Virus record (IMG/VR): IMGVR_UViG_3300021376_000006
Length of the DNA stretch: 64,000 nucleotides
Source of the DNA: a virus
Taxonomy: Duplodnaviria; Caudoviricetes
Reading direction: 5' to 3' (one strand)
The notes under the pieces were generated by a model. It did no database searches. It was not told where the DNA came from and saw nothing but the letters and a program-made list of their open reading frames with translations. Position 1 is the first letter of the stretch, and each line of letters starts with the position of its first letter. Made by a program: the position numbers and the translations under genes. Of the stretch, positions 44,616 to 54,509 are shown in pieces.

Positions 44616-45566
44616 TTATGCTGGTGCCTTTTGCGCCATTTTAATTGCATCAGCTAGTGCAGCCGGCGCAGATGCATCCAGTTCTGGTGCTGCACCTTCA
44701 GGTTGTGCAAATTGTGGCATCTTGCTGAGATCTCCAACAAATTCGTAATGTCCGATGTGGTTTAATAACACTTTGCCATGCGCCCAGATCTCGCCGCCTA
44801 ATGCACTCCATCTACGGCAGAACTGCCAATCTTCAGATAGATAGTGTCCTTTTTCATCAATGGCCACATCAAAGATGCTGTACATTGTGGGTTCAAATTG
44901 TTTACCAAGACCAACGTCATCTACATATTTGGTTTCTGGGTGTGCTTTGCACAGTGTTTCATATACATGCCGTTTAAACAACAAGAAACCTGTGCCCATT
45001 GTATCAACAGTGAAAATATCACCTTGTACTTTTGTTTCGCGCTTGAGATTGATAACATAATTTACTGGCAATGCTTTCTTAGGATATAGGCCGCCAATAA
45101 CATCTTTATCACAAGCCATCATTTGCAAGATACTTTCTGGTTGGAAACGAATGTCAGCATCAATAAACATAAAATGTGTAGCAGACGCATTAGTCATCAT
45201 CTTAGCCATCAAGTTGTTTCTTGCTCTAGTGACCAAGCTTTCATTGACCATGGTGTCAAGACTCCAATTTAATCCAACTTGTTGCGCCATAAGAATAAAA
45301 CGCAACAGACTAGTCATTGTAGGTTCGCTGACATTCCCACCATAACAGGGCATGCCAATATGCAAATGGCATTTAGTAAAGTCAAACGGAACACCTTGTT
45401 GCTGTTGTTCACGTTGCTGAGCCTGTTGTGCAGCAGCAGCTTTAATCATCGCTACTGCATCTTTCGGGTCAGGTGCTGCTGATTGCTTGGCTGCTACTGC
45501 TGCCTTGATTGCTGCCACTGCATCTGCCTGTGTAGATGCAGATTCTCCAATTACTTTTTTGGTCAT
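44616..45566 (-). CDS. GT-A fold glycosyltransferase-like protein
   Basis: MPCYGG, ESLVTRARN, FIDADI (DxD), GTGFLL, YLSEDWQFC. Confidence 0.75.
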   Translation of the reverse strand: MTKKVIGESASTQADAVAAIKAAVAAKQSAAPDPKDAVAMIKAAAAQQAQQREQQQQGVPFDFTKCHLHIGMPCYGGNVSEPTMTSLLRFILMAQQVGLNWSLDTMVNESLVTRARNNLMAKMMTNASATHFMFIDADIRFQPESILQMMACDKDVIGGLYPKKALPVNYVINLKRETKVQGDIFTVDTMGTGFLLFKRHVYETLCKAHPETKYVDDVGLGKQFEPTMYSIFDVAIDEKGHYLSEDWQFCRRWSALGGEIWAHGKVLLNHIGHYEFVGDLSKMPQFAQPEGAAPELDASAPAALADAIKMAQKAPA

Positions 45567-45589
45567 TGATTTCTCTCTTAGTTAATTGA

Positions 45590-45754
45590 TTAGGCTTTGT
45601 TTGCTTCTACTACCACGCTGTTGCCTAGCAGTTCTTGTGCCACTTGTTCAAGTGCTGCTCTAATTTCTTCAGTAATAAACACACCAGGGGTTTCGTGGTC
45701 TTTGACAAGTTTGCTTACAGATATAATTACCACTTCTTCATGTACTTTGGCCAT
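45590..45754 (-). CDS. 54 aa hypothetical protein
   Basis: Read manually: MAKVHEEVVIISVSKLVKD...QVAQELLGNSVVVEANKA; AAGGAAG RBS; TAAATA at 45779-45784. Confidence 0.7.
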   Translation of the reverse strand: MAKVHEEVVIISVSKLVKDHETPGVFITEEIRAALEQVAQELLGNSVVVEANKA

Positions 45755-45777
45755 TTGGGCTTCCTTGAATAATAAAG

Positions 45778-46500
45778 TTATTTATTATCCAAGTAAACGA
45801 ACTCAGAAACTTCTCTAATAATATCTGGGTTAATAAGTGTTATGAACGTGGCCACTTTTTTATCGTTAGTGTAAAAATATGCACCCCAAATCCAATCGTG
45901 TGGTCTGGTTAAACTTTCACGAGTGTGATCAGTCAATCTTACCAGATCCCCTAAACTTTGAAGATAATTTAATATTTGAATCCGAGATTCATAACTAAAT
46001 TGCTTTTCCTTAAACCAAATTCTATATTGATATTTAGGAGGCTTTTTGACCAGTACCATATGTTTTTCTAATCTAGCCTTGATTTCTTCATTGGCTGGTC
46101 CAGTTATTGATGTTATTTTATCTCTGTTATCGGGATCTATTGATTTTGCAACAGATTTGATCATGGTTTCATCTGTAGCATAAACAGAAATTTTAGGTTC
46201 CTCTGTACGTATTTTTACGTCAGGATATTCATAATAAAGATTACTTAGACTATGCAAAAACCCCACATTCGCCTCTTTGAGATACTTAAACAATTGTTTG
46301 TTGTGCCAAGAACCTTGGCGTCGATAATCTCGCACCCAGTCACGCCTTTTACTAATGTCCAGTGCAATATCTGCACATCTTATACTTTTACAACCAGGAG
46401 CATAGATGTCTAATCTATAGTAATATTGATTATAAAATTGTTTTGTTGATGCTTGTATTTCAATACTGGGTGATAGGTTCTTCCAGAACGATGTATCCAT
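45778..46500 (-). CDS. Hypothetical protein
   Basis: 240 aa ORF. Confidence 0.78.
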   Translation of the reverse strand: MDTSFWKNLSPSIEIQASTKQFYNQYYYRLDIYAPGCKSIRCADIALDISKRRDWVRDYRRQGSWHNKQLFKYLKEANVGFLHSLSNLYYEYPDVKIRTEEPKISVYATDETMIKSVAKSIDPDNRDKITSITGPANEEIKARLEKHMVLVKKPPKYQYRIWFKEKQFSYESRIQILNYLQSLGDLVRLTDHTRESLTRPHDWIWGAYFYTNDKKVATFITLINPDIIREVSEFVYLDNK

Positions 46501-48754
46501 TTTCGTCTATTCTATGTTGAAAGGTTAATGTGTCTGCAGTTTGAAATACAAACTTGTCCTGGCAATAATCAACTATAACCGTATTACCTGCCATGATGTT
46601 TTCAAACAAGATTTTTTTACTTAAAGGCACTTTGATCAAATCATTGATTTTTCTTTGCAACGGTCTTGCGCCCATTTTGCTATCAAAGCCAGTTGTGATT
46701 AGTTCATCTACAGCCTGTTCGGTTAATCTAACACGCAATTGCTTGTCAAGAAGTAAATCATTGAGTTCATTGATACACTTGTTAACAATTTTACGCATGC
46801 TGAGTTGATCTAGTTTGACAAATTTTACTATGCCATCTAGTCTATTTCTAAATTCAGGTTTGAAAAAGTCCTTGACCGCACGATCATCTTCGCCTGACTT
46901 TTCTAATGCAGTGGTAAATCCAATAGTGTTTTTTTCGTTATCTGCTGCACCAAGATTAGATGTTAGTATAATAATTGCATTTTTGCAATCTGCTTTTTTA
47001 CCATTGCTGCTTGTGACTGAACCCTCGTCCATCATTTGCAATAAAATATTGCTTACATCCGGGTGTGCTTTTTCTATCTCATCCATTAAAATTATACAGT
47101 TTGGATTTTTTTCAATATCAGAAATCAATAATCCTCCACCAAGATTACCGTCGTCGTACCCTACATATCCTGGAGGTGCACCTATCAATTTGGCCACTGT
47201 GTGTCGTTCCTGATACTCACTCATGTCATATCTAAGCAGTTTCATACCAAGGTGCTCTGATAGTAATTTTGCTAGTTCAGTTTTTCCTGTGCCAGTTGGT
47301 CCTAAAAATAAAAAATTACCAATTGGTTTATTGATTGACTTTAAACCCGCTTTACTTACATAAATTTTTTCTAAAACATTTTCTACAGCAGTATCTTGAC
47401 CATACAATTTATCTTTTATAAGCATTTCTAAACTGCTAATGCCCTTTACACTTTTTGATGCAGTGTCTCCAATTTGATCAATTGGTATTTTTGTTATTCT
47501 ACTAATAGCTGTAACAACATCAGTTCTTGTTACAGTCCATGTGTTATTTTTGATTCGATGTTTAGCGCAACATGCATCAATCAAATCAATAGCTTTGTCT
47601 GGTAGTTTTTTGTCAGTCTGATATCTAACACTCAATTCCACAGCGGCGTCTATGGCTTCATCTAGTATTGTGCCGCCATGAAACTTTTCAAAGTTAAATC
47701 TTAAACCAAGTAGAATTTCTTTTGTTGTTTCTGCACTGGGTTCGTCGATGGTCACACGTTGAAATCTACGCATAAGTGCGCGATCTTTTTCAAAACTTTG
47801 CGTGTACTCCTCCCATGTTGTACTTGCAATTACTTTTATCTTGCCTTTGCTTAATGCAGGCTTTATCATGTTACTGAAGTCTACACTGCTTTGACTTCCT
47901 GCTCCGGCACCTCGCATTTGATGTGCTTCGTCTATAAAGAGAATTGCATTACCTTTTGTGTTCAATGCCGAGATAATTTCTTGTATTTTTTCTTCAAAAT
48001 CACCACGATACTTGCTGCCTGCTAACAAGCTTCCAATATCTAAATTGTACACAGTGTAGCCTTGTAGATATAACGGCACTGTTTTGGAAATAATAGACAA
48101 TGCTAGACCTTCTGCAATTGCTGTTTTACCTACACCGGGATCACCTACCATGAGTACATTGCTTTTGTTCCTACGTGCCAGTATTTCTACTATGTCTGCG
48201 GTTTCTTGCGCCCGACCAATGACTGGATCAATTTTACCTTCTTTGGCTGCTGTGTTTAGATTGTCACAGTAGTGTTCTAAAATCTTGTCTGCACGGTCTG
48301 AGCTGGCCAGGGATTTACTTGATTCAGATTTATAAGTTTTATTATACACCTCAACCAATTTCGCGCGATCGAGGCCATACTTGACCATAAAATAGTGTGC
48401 ATAGCTATTGTTTTCAGCATGGATGCTGAGAAACAAATCCATTAACTCTATATGCTTTCTTGCACTAAACAAAACCTGAGTAAACGCACGATTAAAGACA
48501 CGTTCGAGAGTGTGTGTTTTTTTTGGCTCAAAGTCACTAACAATCAAATTTGTAGCTTGGAGCAAATAAGATTCTAGCTCTGCATCTAATCCATCAGTAT
48601 CGGCACCAAACTCTGTTAACAATTCTTTGAAAGGATTAAACCTTATCATTGATAAAAATACATGCTCCAGAGTTACATATTCATGACTTAAATCTTTGGC
48701 CAATTGTGTTGCTTCAGCCACTATATAATCAATTTCTGGGTTGGTTTGTAGCAT
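46460..48754 (-). CDS. clpA: ClpA-type ATP-dependent Clp unfoldase subunit
   Basis: Clp N-domain (HEYVTLEH), two Walker A motifs (GDPGVGKT, GPTGTGKT), no ClpB middle domain, IGF loop. Confidence 0.9.
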   Translation of the reverse strand: MLQTNPEIDYIVAEATQLAKDLSHEYVTLEHVFLSMIRFNPFKELLTEFGADTDGLDAELESYLLQATNLIVSDFEPKKTHTLERVFNRAFTQVLFSARKHIELMDLFLSIHAENNSYAHYFMVKYGLDRAKLVEVYNKTYKSESSKSLASSDRADKILEHYCDNLNTAAKEGKIDPVIGRAQETADIVEILARRNKSNVLMVGDPGVGKTAIAEGLALSIISKTVPLYLQGYTVYNLDIGSLLAGSKYRGDFEEKIQEIISALNTKGNAILFIDEAHQMRGAGAGSQSSVDFSNMIKPALSKGKIKVIASTTWEEYTQSFEKDRALMRRFQRVTIDEPSAETTKEILLGLRFNFEKFHGGTILDEAIDAAVELSVRYQTDKKLPDKAIDLIDACCAKHRIKNNTWTVTRTDVVTAISRITKIPIDQIGDTASKSVKGISSLEMLIKDKLYGQDTAVENVLEKIYVSKAGLKSINKPIGNFLFLGPTGTGKTELAKLLSEHLGMKLLRYDMSEYQERHTVAKLIGAPPGYVGYDDGNLGGGLLISDIEKNPNCIILMDEIEKAHPDVSNILLQMMDEGSVTSSNGKKADCKNAIIILTSNLGAADNEKNTIGFTTALEKSGEDDRAVKDFFKPEFRNRLDGIVKFVKLDQLSMRKIVNKCINELNDLLLDKQLRVRLTEQAVDELITTGFDSKMGARPLQRKINDLIKVPLSKKILFENIMAGNTVIVDYCQDKFVFQTADTLTFQHRIDENGYIVLEEPITQY

Positions 48755-48762
48755 AAAAATAT

Positions 48763-49629
48763 TTATTGAATGTAGAATAATTCTTTAAGCGAATCTATTT
48801 GTTGTTGTGACAAATTTATTGGAACGTTTATTTTAACATTAACTATTAAAGATCCCCTAACATTTTGATTCATTGCATAAAGACCTTGATTAGCTATTCT
48901 GAATCGTGTGTTTGGTTGAGTTCCGGCAGGTAAAGATAATTCAAATCTTTTGCCATCTAGGCCATGAACAATCAAGGTGTCTCCTACCATAGCTCTTACA
49001 CAATCAATTTGTGCTTCTGTAATTAAATCTAAATTGTCAATGCCAAACACAGTATTTGCTTCGATTTGAATACGCACATACAAATCTCCTCGTGGCAAGG
49101 AAGAAAAAAAGTTGTCGCCCAAGTTTGGATATTTTATTGTGCTACTTGGTTTAACTCCTCGAGGAATTTTAACTTCAATCGGATAGGTGTCACCATTTGT
49201 TGTTTTAACATTGATTATCTTGGTTTGCTCTTCAAGGGTGCTTGCCAAACTTATTAGCAGTTCGATTTGTAAATCTTTGTTTTTTCTTGGTTGCCTAAAA
49301 TGTGCCAAAGGGTCTCTGTGGTTTGCAAATCCTGAACCAAATGCAAATCCAAAATTACGGAGCATTTCTTCCATTCCTGGAGGTATGCCACCGTTGACAT
49401 CTTGTCCATTGACAGTAAATCTAAAACCACCCATACCACTACGTTCAGCATCGTATTGTGCTCTACGGTCATGATCACCTAATATATCATATGCTGCCTG
49501 AATTTTTTGAAATATATCGGTGTCTCCACCTTTGTCGGGATGATGTTGATTGGCAAGTTTACGATAGGCCTTTTTGATTTCATCTGGGCCGGCATTTTCA
49601 GTGACCCCTAAAGTTGCATAATGACTCAT
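48763..49629 (-). CDS. dnaJ: DnaJ/CbpA-type co-chaperone
   Basis: J-domain with HPD, G/F-rich linker, C-terminal domain, no zinc finger. Confidence 0.9.
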   Translation of the reverse strand: MSHYATLGVTENAGPDEIKKAYRKLANQHHPDKGGDTDIFQKIQAAYDILGDHDRRAQYDAERSGMGGFRFTVNGQDVNGGIPPGMEEMLRNFGFAFGSGFANHRDPLAHFRQPRKNKDLQIELLISLASTLEEQTKIINVKTTNGDTYPIEVKIPRGVKPSSTIKYPNLGDNFFSSLPRGDLYVRIQIEANTVFGIDNLDLITEAQIDCVRAMVGDTLIVHGLDGKRFELSLPAGTQPNTRFRIANQGLYAMNQNVRGSLIVNVKINVPINLSQQQIDSLKELFYIQ

Positions 49630-49635
49630 AATACT

Positions 49636-49664
49636 ATTATATAGCCTCCCAAGTAAGTAGTCAA
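49636..49664 (-). promoter_or_regulatory. Sigma70-type promoter, probably leaderless dnaJ mRNA
   Basis: TTGACT-N17-TATAAT; -10 ends 6 nt before the ATG. Confidence 0.75.
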
Positions 49665-49676
49665 TATAAATGAAAT

Positions 49677-49693
49677 GAGCCCATAAAGGGCTC
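49677..49693 (-). terminator. Hairpin after the lysis-region genes
   Basis: GAGCCC/GGGCTC stem followed by AUUUCAUUU; weak U tract. Confidence 0.45.
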
Positions 49694-49718
49694 TAGTATT
49701 AAATTGTGTTTAACAATT

Positions 49719-49913
49719 TTATTTTTTTGAGTCTTTTTTTGCATCTTCAATCTTGGTTCCTTCTAGTTTCTTGTGAACCTTGATTGTTTTGCAAACTTCT
49801 TTTTCTTTCTTAGTTTTGTTATCAAATTCTTTAACACAAACTCGTTTTTCTTCGGCTGCATAAACACTGGATAGTGCAAGTACGCCGATCATTAATGCTA
49901 TAAAATAATTCAT
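49719..49913 (-). CDS. Small secreted protein with two Cys
   Basis: Signal-peptide-like N-terminus, basic C-terminus. Confidence 0.72.
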   Translation of the reverse strand: MNYFIALMIGVLALSSVYAAEEKRVCVKEFDNKTKKEKEVCKTIKVHKKLEGTKIEDAKKDSKK

Positions 49914-50140
49914 TTTGGATTATCCTTTTTAGTAAATTTTTCTGATGCTGTAAATCCTAATCCACCCAATACAATATATGTGATCGCATCGAATGTCTGT
50001 GGACTAACTTTCTTTTCAAAAAACAATTCTGAAAAGAAAGCAGTTGCTAGTAGCAAAAAAGCCAAAAATGTAATGGTTCTTTTGCTACTAGGATTACTCT
50101 CGCTTTCTCCCGAAAGCATTTTAACAACAAATTGCATCAT
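49910..50140 (-). CDS. Two-TM membrane protein (holin candidate)
   Basis: NPSSKR followed by two hydrophobic helices; near endolysin. Confidence 0.6.
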   Translation of the reverse strand: MMQFVVKMLSGESESNPSSKRTITFLAFLLLATAFFSELFFEKKVSPQTFDAITYIVLGGLGFTASEKFTKKDNPK

Positions 50141-50610
50141 TTTTCTGGATGTTCAGGTTGAAATGGTGCCTCCTTGCCGCCAAAGCCGGGAGTTACTGAT
50201 GCTACAAAACTTGGAACATCGCCAAACGGTGCTGCCGATGCTGCTGCTATTGTTGCGCCAAATCCACTTGGTGCCGTTGCCACTGGTGGTGGAGGTGGAG
50301 GTGGTGGTGGAGTATATGGCTTATTAGCAGCATCTAGTGCCTTGGCTCTAAGATCCTTATCGTCACCGGCTAACATAATACCACTCAGTGTGCCTGTTAA
50401 GAATGTAGCAATAGGAATAATAAGTTCAAAAAACTTGTTATCTACTGGGCTCATTCCGTTCATTGGTTGCGTAACAAAAATCAGACTGTATAGTACAACA
50501 AACACAATACCAAATAGCGTACATCCTAAAACAATACCAATAAAGAATTTGAGTCTAGCATTTAGTTCTTCTGTGGTATATCTCTCTTGGCTGAATAACT
50601 CATTAATCAT
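50137..50610 (-). CDS. Two-TM membrane protein with poly-Pro tail
   Basis: Two TM segments, then PPPPPPPPP and Ala-rich tail. Confidence 0.75.
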   Translation of the reverse strand: MINELFSQERYTTEELNARLKFFIGIVLGCTLFGIVFVVLYSLIFVTQPMNGMSPVDNKFFELIIPIATFLTGTLSGIMLAGDDKDLRAKALDAANKPYTPPPPPPPPPVATAPSGFGATIAAASAAPFGDVPSFVASVTPGFGGKEAPFQPEHPEK

Positions 50611-50849
50611 TTACAATCTCCTTTTCGTGGTGCCTGTGGTGCAGGCTGTAAGTTTGGGTTTCCTAATGCGCCTCCTACCTTATCTTTTTCATAAGGAGTT
50701 AGATCTTCTGGGCAGGTGCCATTGGCGCTACAATAGGGTTTTGTACATTCTTTCTTTTCCCAATTATCCGGGTCTTGGCAAGGATACCGATAGTTTTCCG
50801 AGCAAGCCACTAATAATTGTAATAGTATTAGTAGTGACACGTATTTCAT
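50607..50849 (-). CDS. Cys-rich lipoprotein
   Basis: Lipobox LVAC; YRYPCQDP...C...C...GTCP...C. Confidence 0.75.
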   Translation of the reverse strand: MKYVSLLILLQLLVACSENYRYPCQDPDNWEKKECTKPYCSANGTCPEDLTPYEKDKVGGALGNPNLQPAPQAPRKGDCK

Positions 50850-51466
50850 TAATGCACTCCTAACACATGTAATGCATGGTTATAGTGTTTAATGCGATCA
50901 TCTAAACCAATGAATCCACCGTTAATTTTACGAGTCATTGTTTTAATGTCGCCTTTGTCAGCTTCGTTATTAAGTTTATTAGTTTCCCAGAACCAGCATG
51001 CTGATTGAGCTGCACCTTCGAAGGTTTGCGTATATTCTGCTGCCTCTTCAGCCGAGATTTCCAATGAGGCTGCAAACCAGGTATAGTTAGTCTTGCCAGT
51101 CAATTGAATTAATCCACGACCACGATATTTGTAACCGTCACCACTTGCTTCGTCGCCATTGCCCATTCTATTAGCATAGATTCTGTTAGCAATTTTTTCT
51201 GGCTTCTTTTCGTATGCTTTAGCAAGACTCATTTCTGTAAAATATTTTGGAAATATCTTCATCAAGCTTTCTGCTTTGTAGTTTAAATTTTCAGTTAAGA
51301 AAACAAAACTACCAGATTCGTGAGCACACTGAGCAATAAATGATGCAATACGCTGAGGTGTATTGATTTCATAATCTGGTAACAGTTGACTCAATGCCTT
51401 GTGCCAATGGTCGATGTATTGATTCTTCGGCAGTAGTTGTTTTAGTTGCTCTTTTGTAAGTTCCAT
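50849..51466 (-). CDS. Glycoside hydrolase family 19 endolysin
   Basis: FIAQCAHESG, ENLNY, YRGRGLIQLTGKTNY, INGG. Confidence 0.92.
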   Translation of the reverse strand: MELTKEQLKQLLPKNQYIDHWHKALSQLLPDYEINTPQRIASFIAQCAHESGSFVFLTENLNYKAESLMKIFPKYFTEMSLAKAYEKKPEKIANRIYANRMGNGDEASGDGYKYRGRGLIQLTGKTNYTWFAASLEISAEEAAEYTQTFEGAAQSACWFWETNKLNNEADKGDIKTMTRKINGGFIGLDDRIKHYNHALHVLGVH

Positions 51467-51530
51467 AAATTGTTGATCCTTTATTTTTTATGTTTTCCGC
51501 CACATATAGGGCAGGCTTCCTCTTGCTGCA

Positions 51531-51797
51531 CTACTTTACCTCTTCAAATATTTTTTTCTGTTTTACATACCATGTATTCCATTCTTCTACTTTTAACGCA
51601 CACTCATAATAGAGTGTGTAATTTTCAACAACTGTGGTATGTAATTCAATTATTGATATTTGGTCCCCGCTGAGTATTTTTAATTCTTCACATTTTTCCG
51701 TAAGAGATTTTGGAGCCTGAGGGAACTTTGCTGTAACTGGTACAGTAGTCGAACAACCTACTAATAAAGCTAATACAATCGCGTAAATAATTTTCAT
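51531..51797 (-). CDS. Outer-membrane lipoprotein, o-spanin (Rz1-like)
   Basis: Lipobox LVGC, Pro-rich, Cys; adjacent to Rz-like gene and endolysin. Confidence 0.7.
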   Translation of the reverse strand: MKIIYAIVLALLVGCSTTVPVTAKFPQAPKSLTEKCEELKILSGDQISIIELHTTVVENYTLYYECALKVEEWNTWYVKQKKIFEEVK

Positions 51798-52309
51798 TTT
51801 TTCTCCGCTGCTTTATTGTGTTCTTCAACTATAATTCGTGGAACAGGGCAGTTTTTAAGTGCATCCTGTAATTCTTGTTGTTTAGCCTTAAAAACCTTGC
51901 GCTCTTCTTCGCTCATGTCTTTTACTATTTCAACAGTATCTCCTTTAACCAGGCGATTGACATATTCAATTTGAATCTTGCCTTTTTCTCTGATTACCCG
52001 GGTTTTTTCAACTACACGAGTTTCTATTTCTGTGTTTGCCTGCTGTGATTTTTGTTCAGCCAGGCGCACTTTTTCTTCCATTTCTGCTACACGGGCTCTC
52101 CATAACATTTCGTTACTGTAGCCACCATACCAGTAGATACCAGCGATAAGCAATAGAACACTACCTATCTGAATCCATTTTCTATAGATATTTAGGAAAG
52201 GAACGAATGTAATGAACCAGCTGGCACCTAAGCCAACTAGTCCAGCACCCATTAAACAATAGGTAAAGAAGAGTATTAAACTGTCAGGTAATAAATGTAA
52301 AATCCACAT
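51794..52309 (-). CDS. Inner-membrane coiled-coil protein, i-spanin (Rz-like)
   Basis: N-terminal TM helices, coiled coil, C-terminal Cys. Confidence 0.65.
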   Translation of the reverse strand: MWILHLLPDSLILFFTYCLMGAGLVGLGASWFITFVPFLNIYRKWIQIGSVLLLIAGIYWYGGYSNEMLWRARVAEMEEKVRLAEQKSQQANTEIETRVVEKTRVIREKGKIQIEYVNRLVKGDTVEIVKDMSEEERKVFKAKQQELQDALKNCPVPRIIVEEHNKAAEKK

Positions 52310-52332
52310 AATATACTGTTAATCGAATCAAA

Positions 52333-52348
52333 GTATTTATGCAGTTTT
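52333..52348 (-). promoter_or_regulatory. T4-late-like promoter for the lysis cassette
   Basis: AAAACTGCATAAATAC, identical to 13453-13468. Confidence 0.62.
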
Positions 52349-52350
52349 GG

Positions 52351-52902
52351 TTATAAAATGCCAGCTAAACTGCGTAAAGTTTGAGTGTGATCGTTTTTTG
52401 GTGCTTGAGTTTTTACTGGAATGCCTGCTGCATTACGCATTTCGTCCAATTCTTTTTTGCCAAATTTGGCTTGATAAGCACTTGTGGTCAAAGGCACATA
52501 ATTTCTAATATTGTCTGCGTTAATTTCAATTTTGGTTGGATTCGATCTTACTTGCATGCTCCAATCAGACAGTTTCTGATCAGTAAGATTCATTATATCT
52601 TGTAACATGCTGATAACATTATCTGCAAGCTCTGGTTCTCTATCAGATTCTACGAAAACCAAATAGTCGCCGTCATCAAGTTCACCAGAACTAACGTCCG
52701 CATCAAGGACCCAATCGTATCCCTTTTCAATGAAGTTAACCAAATCCTCAGCTGGTTCTCGTCCGGATACCTTAAAACTAAGCACCACAATATCTTCATC
52801 TTTTCCCATTTTGCTTTTGTATTCATCGATATGCAGTTCTGGATTTACCAATCTAGCAAGATCATTTTGTTCTAGACCTTCATTGATATTATTGTGGGAC
52901 AT
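52351..52902 (-). CDS. Hypothetical protein
   Basis: Start reassigned to MSHNNINE at 52902 after AGGAG. Confidence 0.8.
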   Translation of the reverse strand: MSHNNINEGLEQNDLARLVNPELHIDEYKSKMGKDEDIVVLSFKVSGREPAEDLVNFIEKGYDWVLDADVSSGELDDGDYLVFVESDREPELADNVISMLQDIMNLTDQKLSDWSMQVRSNPTKIEINADNIRNYVPLTTSAYQAKFGKKELDEMRNAAGIPVKTQAPKNDHTQTLRSLAGIL

Positions 52903-53440
52903 TTTGGGCTCCTTGTACTGCTCCCATTGGAGCTGCTGAATCTGTCTGATACATTTTCTTGTCAACACCTTGTTCGTATGCCTGTTCAATATCTTCGGCA
53001 TCAATTGTACCAGATTCTAATTCCAAGCTTCCTTGATTGATTTCTTGCATAAGCTTTTTGGGTATTACTATTTCTACTAACCATATAGGTGTTCTGGCCA
53101 TTTTTGGAAACTTTGTGCCAGGCTTAAAATCATTTGGACTTTTAACCTTAATTGGGTATTCTAAATGATCTTTTTTATATTTTATTTCACAACCATAATC
53201 CAATAAACGCTCGCCACCTCTAGGATCCGGCATTTTTTTATATGGCCACATAAATGTACAAGTAATAAAGTACTTTTCGTATTTGGGTCCTTGCACTAAT
53301 TCACCACGTTTCCAGTTTTTAAACGTGTATATATCAAGCTCGTTAATTACTCTTTCAAAATCTAACAAAGAGTTAACAGCACTGTCTGTAAGCGAAATAG
53401 ATTTAATATTTTCTAATACGTCATTTATGTTTGTAGCCAT
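52889..53440 (-). CDS. Hypothetical protein
   Basis: Start reassigned to MATNIND at 53440; TAAATA at 53462-53467. Confidence 0.8.
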   Translation of the reverse strand: MATNINDVLENIKSISLTDSAVNSLLDFERVINELDIYTFKNWKRGELVQGPKYEKYFITCTFMWPYKKMPDPRGGERLLDYGCEIKYKKDHLEYPIKVKSPNDFKPGTKFPKMARTPIWLVEIVIPKKLMQEINQGSLELESGTIDAEDIEQAYEQGVDKKMYQTDSAAPMGAVQGAQNVPQ

Positions 53441-53789
53441 ATTATTTGGTCCAATATACACTATTTAGCGTATTACAATCCATTTTTCTTAATTTTATAA
53501 TATTGGTATTGGTACATAATAATCTAATAATTTATGAGTACAATGTAACTGATTTTATATGCTGTCGTGACCATATTCAATGATAAGTTTTTTGTATTTC
53601 ATTTAATGAACAACAATGTACGGAATAGATAGAGAACGGTCTAATACTTAGCACAAAAAATAGCAAATAAACACGCAGTTTTAGGTATAAATTTTGCTTC
53701 TTAAATATCTACGTGGACTTGATAAAGAAGATGCCAAGCCCACTAAGGAGCAGGCTATGGCAGATCCACCCATTCTAAAGGAGGTAGTC

Positions 53790-54509
53790 TTGAGCAAACG
53801 CCGTAGAAGCGAAGTAACACAATTGTCTGTAGTGAGTAACATCGATTCATATCAAAAACAACGCCGTACTATCCAACTTATTCCCAAAAGTCTTAACCAA
53901 GAAACTTATATAGATTTATTAGAAAATCCCCAACGCTTAATAGTATTTGCCGCAGGCCCGGCAGGAACAGGCAAAACTATGCTGGCTGTGTTGGCCGCGT
54001 TACAAGCATTTAGATCCGGAGAATGCTCTCGAATTGTTATTACCAGACCCGCAGTAGGTGTTGATGACGAGCAACATGGATTTTTGCCGGGTACACTAAA
54101 TCAAAAGATGGAACCGTGGACTAGACCCATCTTTGATATTATAGAGGAGTATTATCGACCACAAGAGGTACAGCGTCTGCTAGAAGAAAAATATATAGAG
54201 ATTGCTCCACTAGCATACATGCGAGGGCGGACATTTAAAAATTCGTGGATTATTGCAGATGAGATGCAAAACGCGACACCAAGTCAGATGAAGATGCTGC
54301 TTACTCGACTAGGCGAAAACTCTAAGATGGTTGTAACAGGTGACACGCAGCAGGCCGACCGTAGGGCCCAGGACAACGGATTATTGGACTTTCAAATACT
54401 TATTAAGGACTTTGATAGCCAATATATTGCTGGCGTGGAGTTTGCAGTCAAGGATGTTCGTAGACATCCGGCTGTGGCTGAAGTTCTTAAATTATACAGG
54501 GAGGATTAA
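53790..54509 (+). CDS. phoH: PhoH-family ATPase
   Basis: GPAGTGKT, ITRP, GFLPG, RGRTF, DEMQN, TRLG, GDTQQ, RHP; TTG start after AAGGAGG. Confidence 0.95.
   Translation: MSKRRRSEVTQLSVVSNIDSYQKQRRTIQLIPKSLNQETYIDLLENPQRLIVFAAGPAGTGKTMLAVLAALQAFRSGECSRIVITRPAVGVDDEQHGFLPGTLNQKMEPWTRPIFDIIEEYYRPQEVQRLLEEKYIEIAPLAYMRGRTFKNSWIIADEMQNATPSQMKMLLTRLGENSKMVVTGDTQQADRRAQDNGLLDFQILIKDFDSQYIAGVEFAVKDVRRHPAVAEVLKLYRED

Noticed and set aside
53694-53789. Longer phoH N-terminus given in the track
   Set aside because: A strong AAGGAGG precedes TTG at 53790; the upstream region holds promoter-like and hairpin elements.
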